DNA from: Carcharhinus amblyrhynchos
Lineage: Eukaryota
DNA length: 64,000 nucleotides
Reading direction: 5' to 3'
Assembly (NCBI GenBank): GCA_965287045.1
Contig: OZ336871.1
Coordinates: 99,076,001-99,140,000 of the forward strand
Position numbers and translations under genes: made by a program. The notes beneath the pieces were generated by a model. That model saw nothing but the letters and a program-made list of their open reading frames with translations. It was not told where the DNA came from and did no database searches. Shown in pieces: positions 11,554 to 24,949 of the stretch. Numbering within the stretch: position 1 is the stretch's first letter; each line of letters begins with the position of its first letter.

Positions 11554-12739
11554 AGTGACTTTGACCAGTATCCTCCCTACCTGATGGTGATAGGCACGTT
11601 CGGTGACGAAATCGGAGAATGCCATGAGAAGTCATGTTTCCCAGTGAAATAACTCCAGGACACGATTAGCCCCCCCACATCAGTGGCTGCATTTCCTGCC
11701 ATGAGGAACTTAATTTTAATAAGTTAACATCTCATTATAGTGGCCATGAGTCAAATGGGCTTCACAGGCAAAAACAGCTTCTCCCTGCCTGGCTTTCAGT
11801 GTGTGCCAGGATGGTTGGGGGGCAAGAAAGCACTGAGGGGAATCTCAGGCAAGAGCTCAAGTGTGGGGTTGTGGGGGTGGGGGGTAAAGACAACACAAAC
11901 TGAAGGAAATGACAAGCACATGGTGGGTTGGGGTCATGGGGAGGTGAAGAAATTGACCACGCATTTGGAAAAACATTTCAAGTTTGAGCATTCTTCCATC
12001 GTTGAGGCCATTTAGCATCAGCTAGATTGCAATGCTTAGAGTTTGGCTTCTGAAGCAATTATGCCCACTTAAGCAACACCAATTTCTGACAGTGCCCCAG
12101 ATTGTTCCTGCACTTTTAAACCTTTGGGTGCAAGACTGCAAATTAAGTTAAGTTTTTTTCAGGCTATAGAACAATTGAGCGACTGGGCAAGTTAAAGGAT
12201 CCCTTGTGAGGAATGGGCATGGAACGGTCACTGAGAAGTACTTAGAACCCCTTGCATTGTACTTATTCTGGCTTTGAGCAGTGACCCTCATGGTCACCTC
12301 ATGAGCATCCTGAGCTGAGAGCACAGGATGCAATCAATTGGCCAAAGCTGTCACCATTCGGTTGTGAGATAGAGATGGGTCGAATTTTGGTCAAAGGTAA
12401 CACCAAGGACTCTGCGGCATGTGTAAAGGGGGCTTGAGATACATCTGGAACCAGGCACCTAATCATGAAAATTCCTTAAGAGGCATATGCTGACCCTTAT
12501 GTCTTTCTCTTTTATTCTGCAGTGAGGACACCATCAGGAGCTAGGAACTTGGAGATCTTGCTGTCTGCCTCATGGCTGTTAGGCAGGATAAAAGATGGAG
12601 AAGATTGCAATGGAGGCACCTGGCTTGGCATAGGGAGGAGTACAATCTTCATGATCAACAGGTGGCATGGCCCCTACAAATGGAGGGGGAGATCCACAGA
12701 GAGCCATCTTTCATAGGCGTATCATAGACCCAGAGAATA

Positions 12740-13245
12740 TGGAACACATTTGTTTCATCTGTGAATGAGCAAGAACATGGATGCTGAAGACTGCAATTGT
12801 CAAAAGAACTGGTTACTCACATATGCCATTTCCTGCAGGATCTGGTGCCCCAGCAGTTAGGCAGGCATCTATCCCCTGTGCCATTGAAAGTGACTGTCAT
12901 GCTCAATCTACAGCAGTGACTTCTTCCAGCACTCCACTGCTGATCTGTGTAGGATCTCTTAAGCCTCCACCCATAAATGTACCCACAGGGTCACAGAAGC
13001 CATCTTCGTCAAGGCACCTAATCTTGTCAATTTCAACTGAGATCAGACGAGCCAGGAGACAAGAGCTCTGGAGATTTGCAGTTTTCCACATGTACAGGGT
13101 GCTACCAACTATAATCCCTTGGCTCCAAGATCTCTGTGGCAGCAAACAGCCCAGTATGTGAATGGAAAGGTCTTCTACTTACTCACTGTTCAGCCAGTCT
13201 GTGATCCTAACAAATGGATCATTCAGGTCTGCACACAATACCCAC
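12740..13245 (+). pseudogene. Decayed PIF/Harbinger (HARBI1-type) transposase fragment
   Basis: Frame-shifted motifs RLQLSKELVTHICHFLQDL, PVPLKVTVML, FFQHSTADLCRIS, FPHVQGA and NGKVFYLLTVQPVCD...IIQVCTQYP match the Harbinger DDE N-terminal half. Confidence 0.75.
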
Positions 13246-13670
13246 AATTTTAAGTGGTCTCTCTTGCGTATAATGTTACTTGAATGATATTCTAATAACA
13301 AGGTTCAGTGAACAAGAACATTTGAATCATTTAGAAGCAACATTGAAACATCTTCAAGCACATTGCCTATGTATCAAGATTGAAAAGTATGATTTTTTCC
13401 AGACATCAGTCCAGTTTTTAGATCATGTTATTGATTGTAAATGGCTACCTAAGGCACCTAAAAAGCTGGAAGCTATTTTAGAAGAACCACATTCAGCAAG
13501 TGTGATTGAATTGAGATCTTTTCTAGGATTTGTAACTTATGATGGAAATTTTGTTCCAAATTTAGCTACATTATTAAAGTTATTGCATAATTTACTATGT
13601 CTGAAACAATCATGGGACTGCACAATACAACATGAGAAAGCATACAAGGATGTCAAAGATGATTTGCAGA

Positions 13671-13850
13671 CATAGAATTATAGAAACCCTACAGTGTAGA
13701 AAGAGGCCATTTGTCCCATCAAGTCTGCACCAACCACAATCCCACCCAGGCCCTACACATTTACCTACTAATCCCTCTAACCTATTTATTTCACTAAGAA
13801 GCAATTTTAGCATGGGCAATCAACCTAACCTGCACATCTTTGGACTGAAG
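13671..13850 (-). mobile_element. HE1 SINE 3' fragment (CR1-type tail) inserted in Gypsy pol
   Basis: CATAGAATTATAGAAACCCTACAG tail and CAACCTAACCTGCACATCTTTGGACT body, both antisense. Confidence 0.75.
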
Positions 13851-13933
13851 TATTGGTTCATTGGACATCTGAAGTATTGCTTAATTTTAACCCAAAGCTA
13901 CTGTGATGCTTCTCCTTATGGTGTAGGGGCAGT

Positions 13934-14145
13934 TTGATTTGATTTATTATTGTCACGTGTATTAGTATACAGTAAAAAGTTTTGTTTCTTGCACACTTTA
14001 CAGACAAAGCATACTGTACTTCAGGAAGGAAAGGAGAGAGTGCAGAATGTAGTGTTACAGTCATAGCTAGGATGAAGGGAAAGATCAACTTAATACAAGG
14101 TAGGTCGATTCAAAAGCCTGATGGCAGCAGGGAAGAAGTTGCTTC
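13934..14145 (-). mobile_element. Rex1-type LINE 3'UTR fragment inserted in the Gypsy RNase H
   Basis: (ATTTG)n tail and a body nearly identical to 56598-56815. Confidence 0.8.
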
Positions 14146-17100
14146 ACGATTATGCCTTCAGGAGAAGAACAACCAATAGCTTTTGCTTTGCGTACTCTGA
14201 CTAGTGCTGAATCTAATTATGTTCAGCTAGAAAAAGAAGAATTGTGTGTCATTTTTGGTGTACAAAGATATGAACATTATTTATATTGAACCTTGTAAGA
14301 AATTTCACATTATTGAGCTTAACTAACATTTTTGGACCGTGTAAAGGTACACCTTCATTAGCCAATTGCAAAGCTGGTCACTGATCCTATCTGCACAGTC
14401 CTATGATATAAATGATCACCAATCAGAGTACCATGCTAAATCTGATGTGTTATCATGCTTACCTTTACCTGTTGTGCAGATGCCACAAACTAGTTTTGCT
14501 AATATTCTTTATTCTTCACTCGTAGATCATTTGATGATTTCCTTCTCAAGTTCAGAGACATATCAGAAATCATGTAGTGTTGAGAAAAGTGATGGATATG
14601 GTATTAAAAGGAATGACAGTTAGAATGCATCCTGATTTAAAACCATATGAGTCAAAGGGAATCTGAGCGATCATTCCTCCTAGCCTGTGTGAAAGATTTC
14701 TTGAACACCTACACAAAGGACATCCTGGAATAGTCTGGATGAAGGAATTAGCACAGTTATTTTTAGCGGCTGTGTCTGGATTAAAGAAGAAGTGTGACAC
14801 TGTCAATCCAGTGCATTAATAAGAAGTACATCACTGTTGTCTTCTTTATACCCTTGGGAGTAACCTATGATCCTACGGCAACAACTGCATGTAGATTTTG
14901 TTGGTCTGTTTGAGGGTTACATGTTTAGAGTTATAATTGATGCACACTCAAAGTGACCAGATGTTGTTGTGATGAGATCTACTACGTCTGAACAAACCAT
15001 TGGAAAACTGGATTAACTTTTTGCAAGATTTGGTAAACCGGAACAGGATGTTAAAGATAATGATTTGCAATTTATTTCACAACAGTTTGAAGATTATTTC
15101 AAAATAAATGGTATTCAGCATATTAAATCTGCACCTTATCGTCCATCAACCAATGGATTCACTGAAAGTTTCATACCAGCCTTGAAACAGGCTTTAAAAG
15201 CTTCAAAGGAACAAGGTTCATTATCACATCATGTGAATAGCTTTTTGGCACCTTATAGACACAGTTGTCACACGACTGTCCAATGTTCACCTGCATTATT
15301 ACTTTTAAAGCAAACATTGAGGATTATGTTTGATTTGTTATTACTGCAAAAACTTCAGAGACAGTAGGGCATCAGCAACAATCTCAAGTTGCCAGATGAG
15401 AAGTGAGGACAAAACAACACATTTAACAATGAGATTGAGTGTTAGCGCATAATTATGCCAGGAGTGAGATATGGTGCCAGCCACAATTTTAGCAAAAAGA
15501 AAGTCCAATTTCTTACAAAGTTCAAACCAAAGATGAATTAGTTTCGCAATGCCATGCTACAATTGTTGTCATCTCAAAATAATTTCTTTGCATCTTCTCC
15601 AAAAGTACTAACCTCTTTAGTCCCTGGTGTTGTGAATATTTCAATGGAATATCACTAGAATCTGAATTGCCTGAAGATTGTGTCTATGCCAATATACCAT
15701 GTCAGAATGATGCAGCATTAGTTCCAAGAGATGTGTCTACTGAAGTTCCAAATCATACTTTTGTGGCTGACGATAGCCAAATTCCAAAACTTTGTAGACA
15801 AACAAAGAGGAATAGATATTCTCATGATTGACTTTCTTATTGATTGAGTGTAATGATTAATGGTGCATTGTACTGTATCTAGACGATTATTTATCCTATG
15901 AATAACATCATAGTAATTTGTTGTCATGACTACAGAATTAAAGGGGGGGGAAGCTGCTATATATTCAAGTGGTTGCATGATTGCTTTAAGAGCCAGTCAT
16001 ATAATTTGATGATGATGTCATTGGGGTGTTTCATTTTCAGTTCTGTGCAGAGAACCTCTCCCTCAATAAACCAGTTGTGTCTTACTTTGAATCTATGTAT
16101 GCAATATTTCTTTCTGTTTAAAACCCACAACACCAAACATTGGTGGGATATTACATCGCTCCTGTTATGTACCAGTTTGTCCTGCAAGATTACAGGTAGA
16201 GAGAATGTAAGCCAGCATTGCTGCTGATGGATGAAACACCACTTCTCCTGCCTGATACTGGATCTTACCAATTTCTGGGATGATTCTACCCTTTGTGTAA
16301 AACAGGTGAAAGACATATCCACAGCCACTTTAAGTCATTGAAAATAAGCATCATAAAAGATGGGCTGCAACTCAACTATGACCAGTTTTAATCTATTGCA
16401 CAGTCAAAATCAAACCCTAGATCTGAATAAATGCTGTTTCTGACAGCAGGTGATCATTACGTTATGTAAATGTCAAAAATGTGTTAGGATTTACAATTGT
16501 TGGCTCTCAGAAATGAGCAATCATTAAACCTTTGTTACAAACTGTAGGTATGGGAAGAAGAAATTGAAAGCCAAAGTGAAAGAAATATTTCTATGAATTA
16601 GAGGAAGAGGATGACTATGGAGGGAAGATAACCTGGTGAGGCTACACCGGAGATACATAGCACATACCCATCCACCCAACTATACACCCACAGCAGTGGA
16701 TATTGGCAAAGAAACTCCTGGCTGTGTATTGCCCAAAGAGAATGGGGAGGACAATTGGGAGAATGTTGGTGACTGAAAGGATGTGACAATGAAACAAGAT
16801 GATGGGTGGCTCATATGGAGCATAAAAACACTGACATGCACCAGTTGGGTCAAGTGATTTGTCTCTGTGCTGTAAATTCAATGTAGTTCTATGCCAGGTA
16901 CACAACAAACTGATGCAGGATTTTTTTTGACTCGGGCTTCTTGACACTGTATTAATAGTCCTTTGTACCTTCCTGTCACCAACACGCCATTATCTATATC
17001 ACCTCCTCTGTACACCTCAAACACACATGCCGAAATTTTACTGTTCCACCATCGAAAGGTCTGTTGACTTCGGGCAGGATTTTATGGTTTCGGAATGGGT

Positions 17101-18469
17101 GAAGCTGTAAAAACCCACCCAGTGTTCTCAAACATTGCAGCAAAGGAAAACAACAAAGGAATTTACATCAACTTTGCAGGACGATTAGTTTCCAGTGGGC
17201 AGATAGAGCATCTCATGAAATTTGCGGGCAGTGAGCCTGCAATTTTCCAATAGCAACTTACTGCAATATGAGGGGTTGTAGCAGAGCAGTAGCTTGCAAA
17301 ATGTCTGCATGCAAAATTAATTAATGCACAACTTTTCTTTTTAACATAACTCCTCCTTCTGTGTGATTTCCTGCAACTGTATATAGCTTATCACCAGTGA
17401 TTGAATAAAACAATAAGATGGGAAAATGAACACATGATTATCACAAGCTCTGGGTTGGAGTCAGGCCTCCTAGCATTAGAGGATGGTTCCTCATCTGGTT
17501 ACGCAACAAACAAAAAACTCAGATGTGTTTTGTATTGTTTGCAGTTATTTATGTACAAATGGTTCAAACTTCAAGTAAGAAATTGCCCTCCAAGATGCTT
17601 TCCTCCATCATTAACTTAGCAAAAACAGTATCCACCAGCTGGCTTACAACTGAAATGTCTTGAACAGTGTTACATACTTCTAGAGATCCCTGTGGCATGG
17701 ATTTCTCCATTCTCAATAGCGGTTTGAATCTAAAGCCATGTAAGCTAACTCTAGGAATCTAGTAAAAGTGAAGTCATCAAGCAGGGTAAGTGACCAATTA
17801 CACTGAAGTATTCTCATTGACAGCAAGCAAGGAAGTACAATGCACTGATTATCCTTCACTTTGAATTAAATTTTACAGAAAGCAAAAGAAAGATGGCTTG
17901 GAAATATAGATAGGATAAAAGCTGAAATTTCATAAACAAGCTCTAAAAAAAAGACTTATTATTTTAAAGATTTGTGAAATGCTTCACCATAATGGCAAAA
18001 TTTGATATTCCACAAATATAAAACAAGTTTTTCAGGGCAGAGATCTTTCTCAGCAGTCATTGTGAAGTTAGTTTCCCATTCATAACCAAGTTAGGCTTTC
18101 AATTCCTATGGATGACAGTCTGTGGGGACTTCAATAGTGCACCCTCTGGAGAAGCATAGAATTGCTGACAGCAACTTCTGAATTTCTGTATTTAACTGCG
18201 CATGTGTGGATTCCAGAGATTGCTGTCAATTTCATAGAAGGCTGACAGTTTTTCTGTAATTACTGCCATAAAACCTGGGCCTCTGAATTCACCCAATACA
18301 CTTCCTTCACTGTCTGACACTATCAATTTCACAATCCTTCAATCTGATTAGTGAAGGAGGTACACAGTTGTTTGCCTGCTTCCCCTCACTGCAACACTCG
18401 CAGCTCATACTTCCCACAACATATCATGCAAAAAATCTAAAAGCTTGAGAATACAAAGACAATTTAACT

Positions 18470-18850
18470 CACAGCAGAAGTCATTAGATGCCCATGTGAG
18501 CATTTAACAACCATTTTTGAGTAGTTTCTGGGTAATTGGGTTTTCTGACAGACTCCTGAATTGTTCCTTCTATGTAATGGAAGGGCTTGGGATGGCAACT
18601 CTTGCTGCAGGAAAACCAGCATCTGATTCGCTCCAGTGGCCATGTTATTTAAATCATTGATCCAGTTGAGTTTCTGGTTAACGATGAATCTACAGAATAA
18701 TAATGCTAGGAGGCTAGACTCAACCACTGCTAGTGAACATCACGGAGAAGTAGTCTTGATGGAGATGGTCATTTCTTGACACAAATATTACTTAACACTT
18801 ATCATCACAAACCAAGGTAGGTCAGGTCCTAGATTGTGTGATGCAGACTT
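18470..18850 (-). mobile_element. CR1/L2-group LINE RT fragment
   Basis: IVNQKLNWINDLNNMATGANQMLVFL resembles the RT thumb region. Confidence 0.6.
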
Positions 18851-18914
18851 ACCAAAAGTTCAAAGCCACTGAACCAGGGGCCAGCTTTAAATGACAGGGA
18901 GAGGAAAAAAGTTT

Positions 18915-19365
18915 ATAGATTCATAAAATCCGTCCAGTGCAGGAGGAGGCCATTTGGCCCATTGATCCTGCACCGACAACAATCCCATCCAGGCATTATT
19001 TCCACAACCCCATGTATTTACCATGCTAATCCTCCTGATACTAAGGGTTAATTTATCATGGCCAATCAACCTAACCTGATCAGCTTTGACAAACGATCAT
19101 CTGGACTCGAAACGTTGGCTCTTTTCTCTCCTTACAAATGCTGCCAGACCTGCTGAGATTTTCCAACGCTTTGGTTCCAGATTCCAGCATCCGCAGTATT
19201 TTGTTTTTAACCTGAACATCCTTGGAGTGTGGGAGAAAACTGGAGGAAACCCACACAGACACGGGGAGAATGTGCAAACTCCACACTGTCACCCGAGGCT
19301 GGAATTGAGCTTGGTCCCCGGCGCTGTGAGGCAGCAGTGCTAACTGCTGTGCTACCATGCCACCC
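18915..19365 (-). mobile_element. Full-length HE1 SINE (CR1-type tail), interrupted at 19080-19207
   Basis: tRNA-like head at 19300-19365, V-domain-like body, and tail at 18915-18980. Confidence 0.85.
19080..19207 (+). mobile_element. Penelope-like terminal-repeat fragment with a decayed hammerhead-like motif
   Basis: 8-bp TSD TAACCTGA at 19072-19079 and 19208-19215. TTGACAA...GACTCGAAACGTT motif followed by ATGCTGCCAGACCTGCTGAG. Confidence 0.6.
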
Positions 19366-20393
19366 CAAAGTGCAGTAGTTGGTGCAGATGAAAGTTATTA
19401 GTTAAGGCTGCCTAATCAGGACATTACTAAGTATTCTTAATTTTTCATCTTGTTTGGTACTGACATCAGGACATTAGTGGTGGAGTGAACACTATTGTGT
19501 GCTTCACAGTAATGCCTGCAGGTATATGAAATTAGACGTGTAAATATGATGGTTTTAAGCAGTGCCACAGCTTACATTTCAAATGATTTTATATCTGTGA
19601 AATGGATAAAATATATGCTGAAGGTAAAAGTTACAGGACAGATTTCCAGTGATATGGAATGCTCTACTTACGAAAACATTGAATGTCTTCTCAGAAACAT
19701 TTTCATTCAACTATTTATGTTTAATCATTTGAATAATATAATTCTAATTTTAAGTCGTGACCCATTAAATAGAATACATCAAAGAAGACATGATAATTGT
19801 GAAAACCCAACAAAAGCTTTATTTAAAAATCTTTCTGAAGGGATTAAGTTTCTTCATGTTAGTAATAATGCAATAATTGCTGTGAACTGTGCACTAATTG
19901 AATATTATGCCAGCAATATTAGGTTAACTGCTGAACCATCAACCACATTAATATGAGAATGAAAATACAATTTCGGAATTCGGATTTCATTTTCTTTGCT
20001 TCATGCACTTTATTCACTTCCAGGGACTAAGCCTTGAAAAGTACCATATGAATCAGTGGAGCACTCCTGCTCCAAGTGTAACAAAGGCCAGGATTTTCTG
20101 GCTCCACTGAGGCCGAGATTTTCCTTCACTGCTAAAAGTCAGTGCACTTTTGGCTGGCTCTCCAAACATTCTGTTCTCACCAGCGACAGGTCCCGCCTGC
20201 ACACTGGACATTGGGAAACATTGTACAGACAATTCTACCAAAGACAATGGGTACAGGATCGGAAAGGTATAATATAAAATAAAGGGCAGGAATTTATTGT
20301 CATACCAATTAACGAAAGATACATTAGTTGAGTAAAAGCTTACCCCTCTGTTATCTTCCTTAATTTTTAAAAACTGTCAGTTAAAAAGATTAT

Positions 20394-20497
20394 GGGTGTG
20401 ATTCTCCAATCATGTCCCTTCACCCTCCACCACCTCCCCCTACCCCGGCGAATTTGGCACTCAGCAATCACTGCAGTGGCCCTGGAGAATCCCAGCC
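20394..20497. mobile_element. Harbinger-type MITE
   Basis: TIR pair GGGTGTGATTCTCC / GGAGAATCCCAGCC. Confidence 0.6.
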
Positions 20498-20837
20498 ACG
20501 GATGAGTTTGGAGGTTTCTGCTGCTTGATTTTATGTAAGTATATTATTCCATTCACTTCCAAGGATCAAAAGATTATTATTTAAAGATAATCAAGGTAGA
20601 AAACATTTGTTTGTTTAAAGCACATTCTTTTAAGATGAATGCTGTGTTTTTCCTGACCTGAAATGATTTAGACGGTTCAGTTTGTAAAATATTTTGTCCC
20701 CAAAAAGTCCACTAGTGGTCATGGCACGAGTGCCAAGGTGGCATCTTCTGTCCAAGTTCAGAGGGCCATGCCAAGTTCCTCCATTTACTTGGCATTGGAA
20801 AGTGAGGATGGCATGAATAAATTCTCTGAAAATTTCC

Positions 20838-21345
20838 AGCTGATCAGAGACAGTCAGCATGGATTCACAAATGTGGGTCATGTCTGATGGACATAGTTGA
20901 ATATTTTGAAGAGAAAACTAAATTAGTGGTCAGGCAAATGTCACAAGGAATTTGATAAGAGACCATTAGCTAAATATCAAATTCAAAGAATCATAGAATT
21001 GTTACAGTGCAAAGGGAAGCCATTTGGCTCATCGTATCTGGGCAAGCTCTCCAAACAAGTATCATGACTTAGTGCCGTTTCTCTGCCATTTCCTTGAACC
21101 CCTGCATATTGTTTGTATTTAAGTAACCATCTAATACCCTCTTGAGTGCCTGGATTGAACCTGCCTCTACCATACTTCCAGGTAGAGCATTGCAGACCGA
21201 ATCACTCGATGTGTGAGAAAGATTTTTCACACGTGGCATTTGCTACTTTTGCAAATCAATTTAAATCTGTGCCCTCTTGTTCTTGATATTTTTTGTGATT
21301 CTTTTGATTCTTTTTCTCTGTCCAGTCCCCACATGATTTTGAACG
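20838..21345. mobile_element. Two abutting decayed CR1 fragments (+ RT at 20838-20985; - 3' end at 20986-21345)
   Basis: LIRDSQHGF on the + strand. AGAATCATAGAA antisense tail with CR1 3' sequence. Confidence 0.65.
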
Positions 21346-21653
21346 CAAATAGAATTGTGGGCAAATTACTGACCTTGCTAGGAAAATGGTTGAGCAGCAG
21401 CCATGATGTTTGTTCTCACTCTGTTTTGCTGCTCTGCTCCCAAACTTCTTTAGGTTTCTGTTCCTTGTTTTTGGCTTCTCCGAGCAACTATTTCCCGAAC
21501 TGCTGTCCTGTGATACAACTCCTTGATTTTTTTTGTTAATTTGTTCTCACAGTTCTCCCTCTGACAGTTGCTGGTTCACCACTGCTGTTTTTATCTGTTG
21601 GTCTCCAGCACTATTTTCCTTCGGCTTGCTCTCTCAGCTTTATTTACACAGTA

Positions 21654-22205
21654 GTCAGGATTTTACAGGCCCTCAAGGAAGTGCTGCAAGGTGCGGAGAC
21701 TATAAAATTGGTTGGAAGGCTGGAGGATGATATACCTGTTTCCTTTCCACTGCCACTGGCACTTTGCCAGTAGCTGGAAAGGTGACAGATGGCCCTCACT
21801 ACTTACGCAAATTGCGGCCCTCAAATCGCCAGTTAAGAGCTTCTTCCTGTCGGTTGCTAGCACATGGGGCATATTCTTCTAAGTGTATTCTGGTGGCCTC
21901 CTTGTGGGTTCCTCATCAGGTAGTTCACATAGGGCCGCTCCCACAGAAACAACCAACCTATCTTCAACTAATACATGTCACCTCTCCCCCTTACACAGAG
22001 TCTACCTGATTAACCCAGGGTTGCTGAACCCCTCTCCCCCTTCCATCCATGTCCCAGGATGGCATCCATGGTTCTATTTCACGGCAAGGGCAATCCCAAC
22101 TGCTGGGACTGATGAGCTGTTAGATCTCCCATTAGCCTCCAGCGTTTGAAGATGGATCTCATCCCCATAATGGACAGTTAATTGCCAGGTGGACATAAAA
22201 TCTGG
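21654..22205. mobile_element. Harbinger-type non-autonomous element
   Basis: TIR pair GTCAGGATTTTAC / ATAAAATCTGG. Confidence 0.5.
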
Positions 22206-23014
22206 AAAGTGTTTCCAGAAATAACCGAATGGGCTAACTCCTCACTTTGCAGTTCCATTAATGTTTCCCGCAAAATCACGGCAGTATTTCCATGCGTGTT
22301 CCTTCCTCTTGGTGCAATGTCTTTGCATCATTCATTGCCAGCCATTACCAGACAGCACAAAAGATGTCATGAACCATATCCACCATTACCCCCAATCTCA
22401 TCATTTTTATTGCTTTTAATAAGTAAGGTGGGAAGATATCCTTTGGTTGCTATGTTTAACTAAATTGTAACTTAGGGATTAAAAAACATGTTTTTTTTTT
22501 CATTTTTGTCTTAAGAAAAAGATTTTCCTTGATTTTAACGTAAGTTACTTTAGTTTCCATAGATTTGATGTGTGACAGGCTGACCAAACATATTCAAATT
22601 GCTTTGTTTATTTACAGGTGATATGAATCCTGATTCAAGTTTAACATTTGACTTCATGATTCATGACTGTTTTCTAATTATTGATGTTGCTCCACACGGT
22701 GAACACACAAGCAAGTTATAGGATGTTTTATTTATTAAGCAGATTAGTGAAGGAAAGTAGAAAAGACAAATTTGTCATTTCTTATCTGTTTACAGTCAGG
22801 AATCAGCAGATTTGCATGCTTCCAGCTTCCAGTTTTTCTTCACAATTTACCAGTCAACCAACTTGCCAGGAAATATTCCTCAGTGTCTGAGGGGTGAAAT
22901 CTGTGGCCACCGCGCCACCCCCCCCGTGTCAACAAAGGATCCCAAACCACTGCAAGTAGCTTGTTGGAAAATGGTGGACCCATTGCCTGCATGCAAAGCC
23001 CTACCAGGAGTACT

Positions 23015-23322
23015 GGGCACAATGGTGGCACAATGAGGTGACACAGTGGCATTGTGGTTACTACAGTGCCAGAGACCCGGGTTGAATTCCAGCTTTGGTG
23101 GCCATCTGTTTGCAATTTGACCATTCTCCCCGTGTCTGCGTGGGTTTTCTCTGGCCATGTTAAATTGCCCCTTAGTGTCCAAAGATGTGAAGGTTTGGAG
23201 CACTAGCGGGGTAAATAAGTGGGGTTACGAGGATAGGACCTTGGTAAGATTTTAAAAAGTGAGTTGGTACAGACTTGATGGGCTGAATGGCCCTCTTCTG
23301 CACTGGTAGGGATTCTATGATC
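23015..23322 (+). mobile_element. HE1 SINE (CR1-type tail)
   Basis: GGGCACAATGGTGGCACA head, GGGTTGAATTCC B box, and GATGGGCTGAATGGCCC...GGGATTCTATGA tail. Confidence 0.85.
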
Positions 23323-24949
23323 TCAAGAAATGTCACCTGCTTCTGACAAGATAATAAACTTGCCTGTACAGAACACACTTACCATTTCATTACGGCTTGC
23401 CTGCAGATTCACTGGCAGACCACACTGCCATTCGCCACATTGCTGAATTTCTTTCAAACATTCATCCTGGTCTCAGGCCAGCCTGAAGAGACTAAGGGCT
23501 TAATTTTCTGATATGGTAATGTTACCGTGAACATCACAACATATTTCCAGTGCTAATTTTACTTTTGTTTTGTATTGCCGCCACATTGAATTTTCTGCAT
23601 TGGTTGGGAAATTTGTGCTGCTTTATTTTTAACATATTAAAAAGAAAACCATGAGCAGCGTTCAGCTGACTGGTTGTTTGTACTTCAAAGGGACCCAAAC
23701 ACTGATCCTGAATTAGCATAATTAGTTAAACCTCTTTGCAAGGTATCAAATTGGCCCCAATAATGTGAAACGTGTATCTTATCACAACAAACAATTTGTT
23801 TGTAGGAAGTTTATTCAGAGTTGATGTCAGGCAAGAATGGGCTTTATAATTGTTGCGTTCTGTGGCACATATTGGCCTCCCACAGATCTAGCTCATTATT
23901 GGATTTTCTCTGAGTGTTGTGACTATCTTTCAGCATGTGAACCAGCCACCTTGTTCACTGTCAATGATGATGATGTTTCTTCAGCTCATTCAAGTTGCCC
24001 GCTAAAGTGGTTTTACAAAAGTGTGTTCCTGCATCAAGAGGGGGAAATATGTTTAAAACCAGGGCAGCAATATTTCCCAGCTGCCCAGATCAGTTCATCC
24101 AGAACGAGTGCAACACTGGGGGCTTGGAATTTGGATGCAGAATCCCAGGTGCTTACTATATTCCTGCAATCTTTCACGTCCGAACTCTGTTGCACAAAAT
24201 GTGCCAACCTAACAAAATGCTTAAATAACTTCAATGTATGGAAATGAGGAACAGCATGATTCTGTATCTATTTAGAATGGGATCACACTGCATGTTTTGC
24301 TCATCCATTTGCAATGGATGTGATGGAAACTCCACCTAATTCAAAGGGCTGAAGATTTATCATTCCCCCGAATTGTTATTTGCCAGTAATCTTTAGCCCT
24401 GGTTTCTGGTGGGATGGGGAGTGGGTGGATCATACTTATTTAAGTAGTTTTGGATTTTCTTGTGAGTCAGAAGACATGGAAATGTTTAAGACAATGGAGA
24501 GATTGTCTTAAAAAAAAGCTTTCAGGAGAATCTGAAGTGGCTAAGTGCAGAGTCCAGCCACGCTAAACTGTAATCAATAATGTGGATTGCTTTTACAGCA
24601 CTTCAGATATATCAGGCAGCCTTGATAACTTTTCATCCCAGTGTAATGACTTCAGTCAGGCCATGGAGGTTGGCCTATTGGAATATGAACTCCCCGATTA
24701 AGGAGTCAATTGATGGGAGTCAATCAGGGAGTCTTTTCCTTGTATTTAAGTAGGAGTGTCAGTTCCTCTGGGACTCCCAAAGGTAGACTGCTAACTGATA
24801 GCACTCTATGTACTGTTGCTGGAATTGTAAATAAAAGGATTTTGGTGAAGGAACTTCTGCCTCCGAAGACTTATTACACCCTGGTAAACAGGATCCAGTT
24901 GCTACTGAACTCTTGCTGAGACTCTTTAACCAAGACGCAGCATGAGCAT

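Larger units (their letters stand above)
13250..16132 (+). mobile_element. Decayed Gypsy LTR retrotransposon (RT-RNaseH-integrase plus 3' LTR)
   Basis: YLNDILI (YxDD), ELRSFLG, CDASPYGVGAV, PIAFA, LHKGHPGI and SAPYRPSTNG motifs. Polypurine tract at 15940-15953, then a TG...CA LTR at about 15955-16132 with AATAAA at 16065. Confidence 0.85.

Noticed and set aside
17719-17791. Strong donor AGG|GTAAGT with possible micro-exons
   Set aside because: The acceptors are weak and the peptides unrecognisable. Such sites are expected by chance in 64 kb.
19300-19365. tRNA genes at SINE heads
   Set aside because: These are tRNA-derived A/B-box heads of SINEs with no complete cloverleaf.
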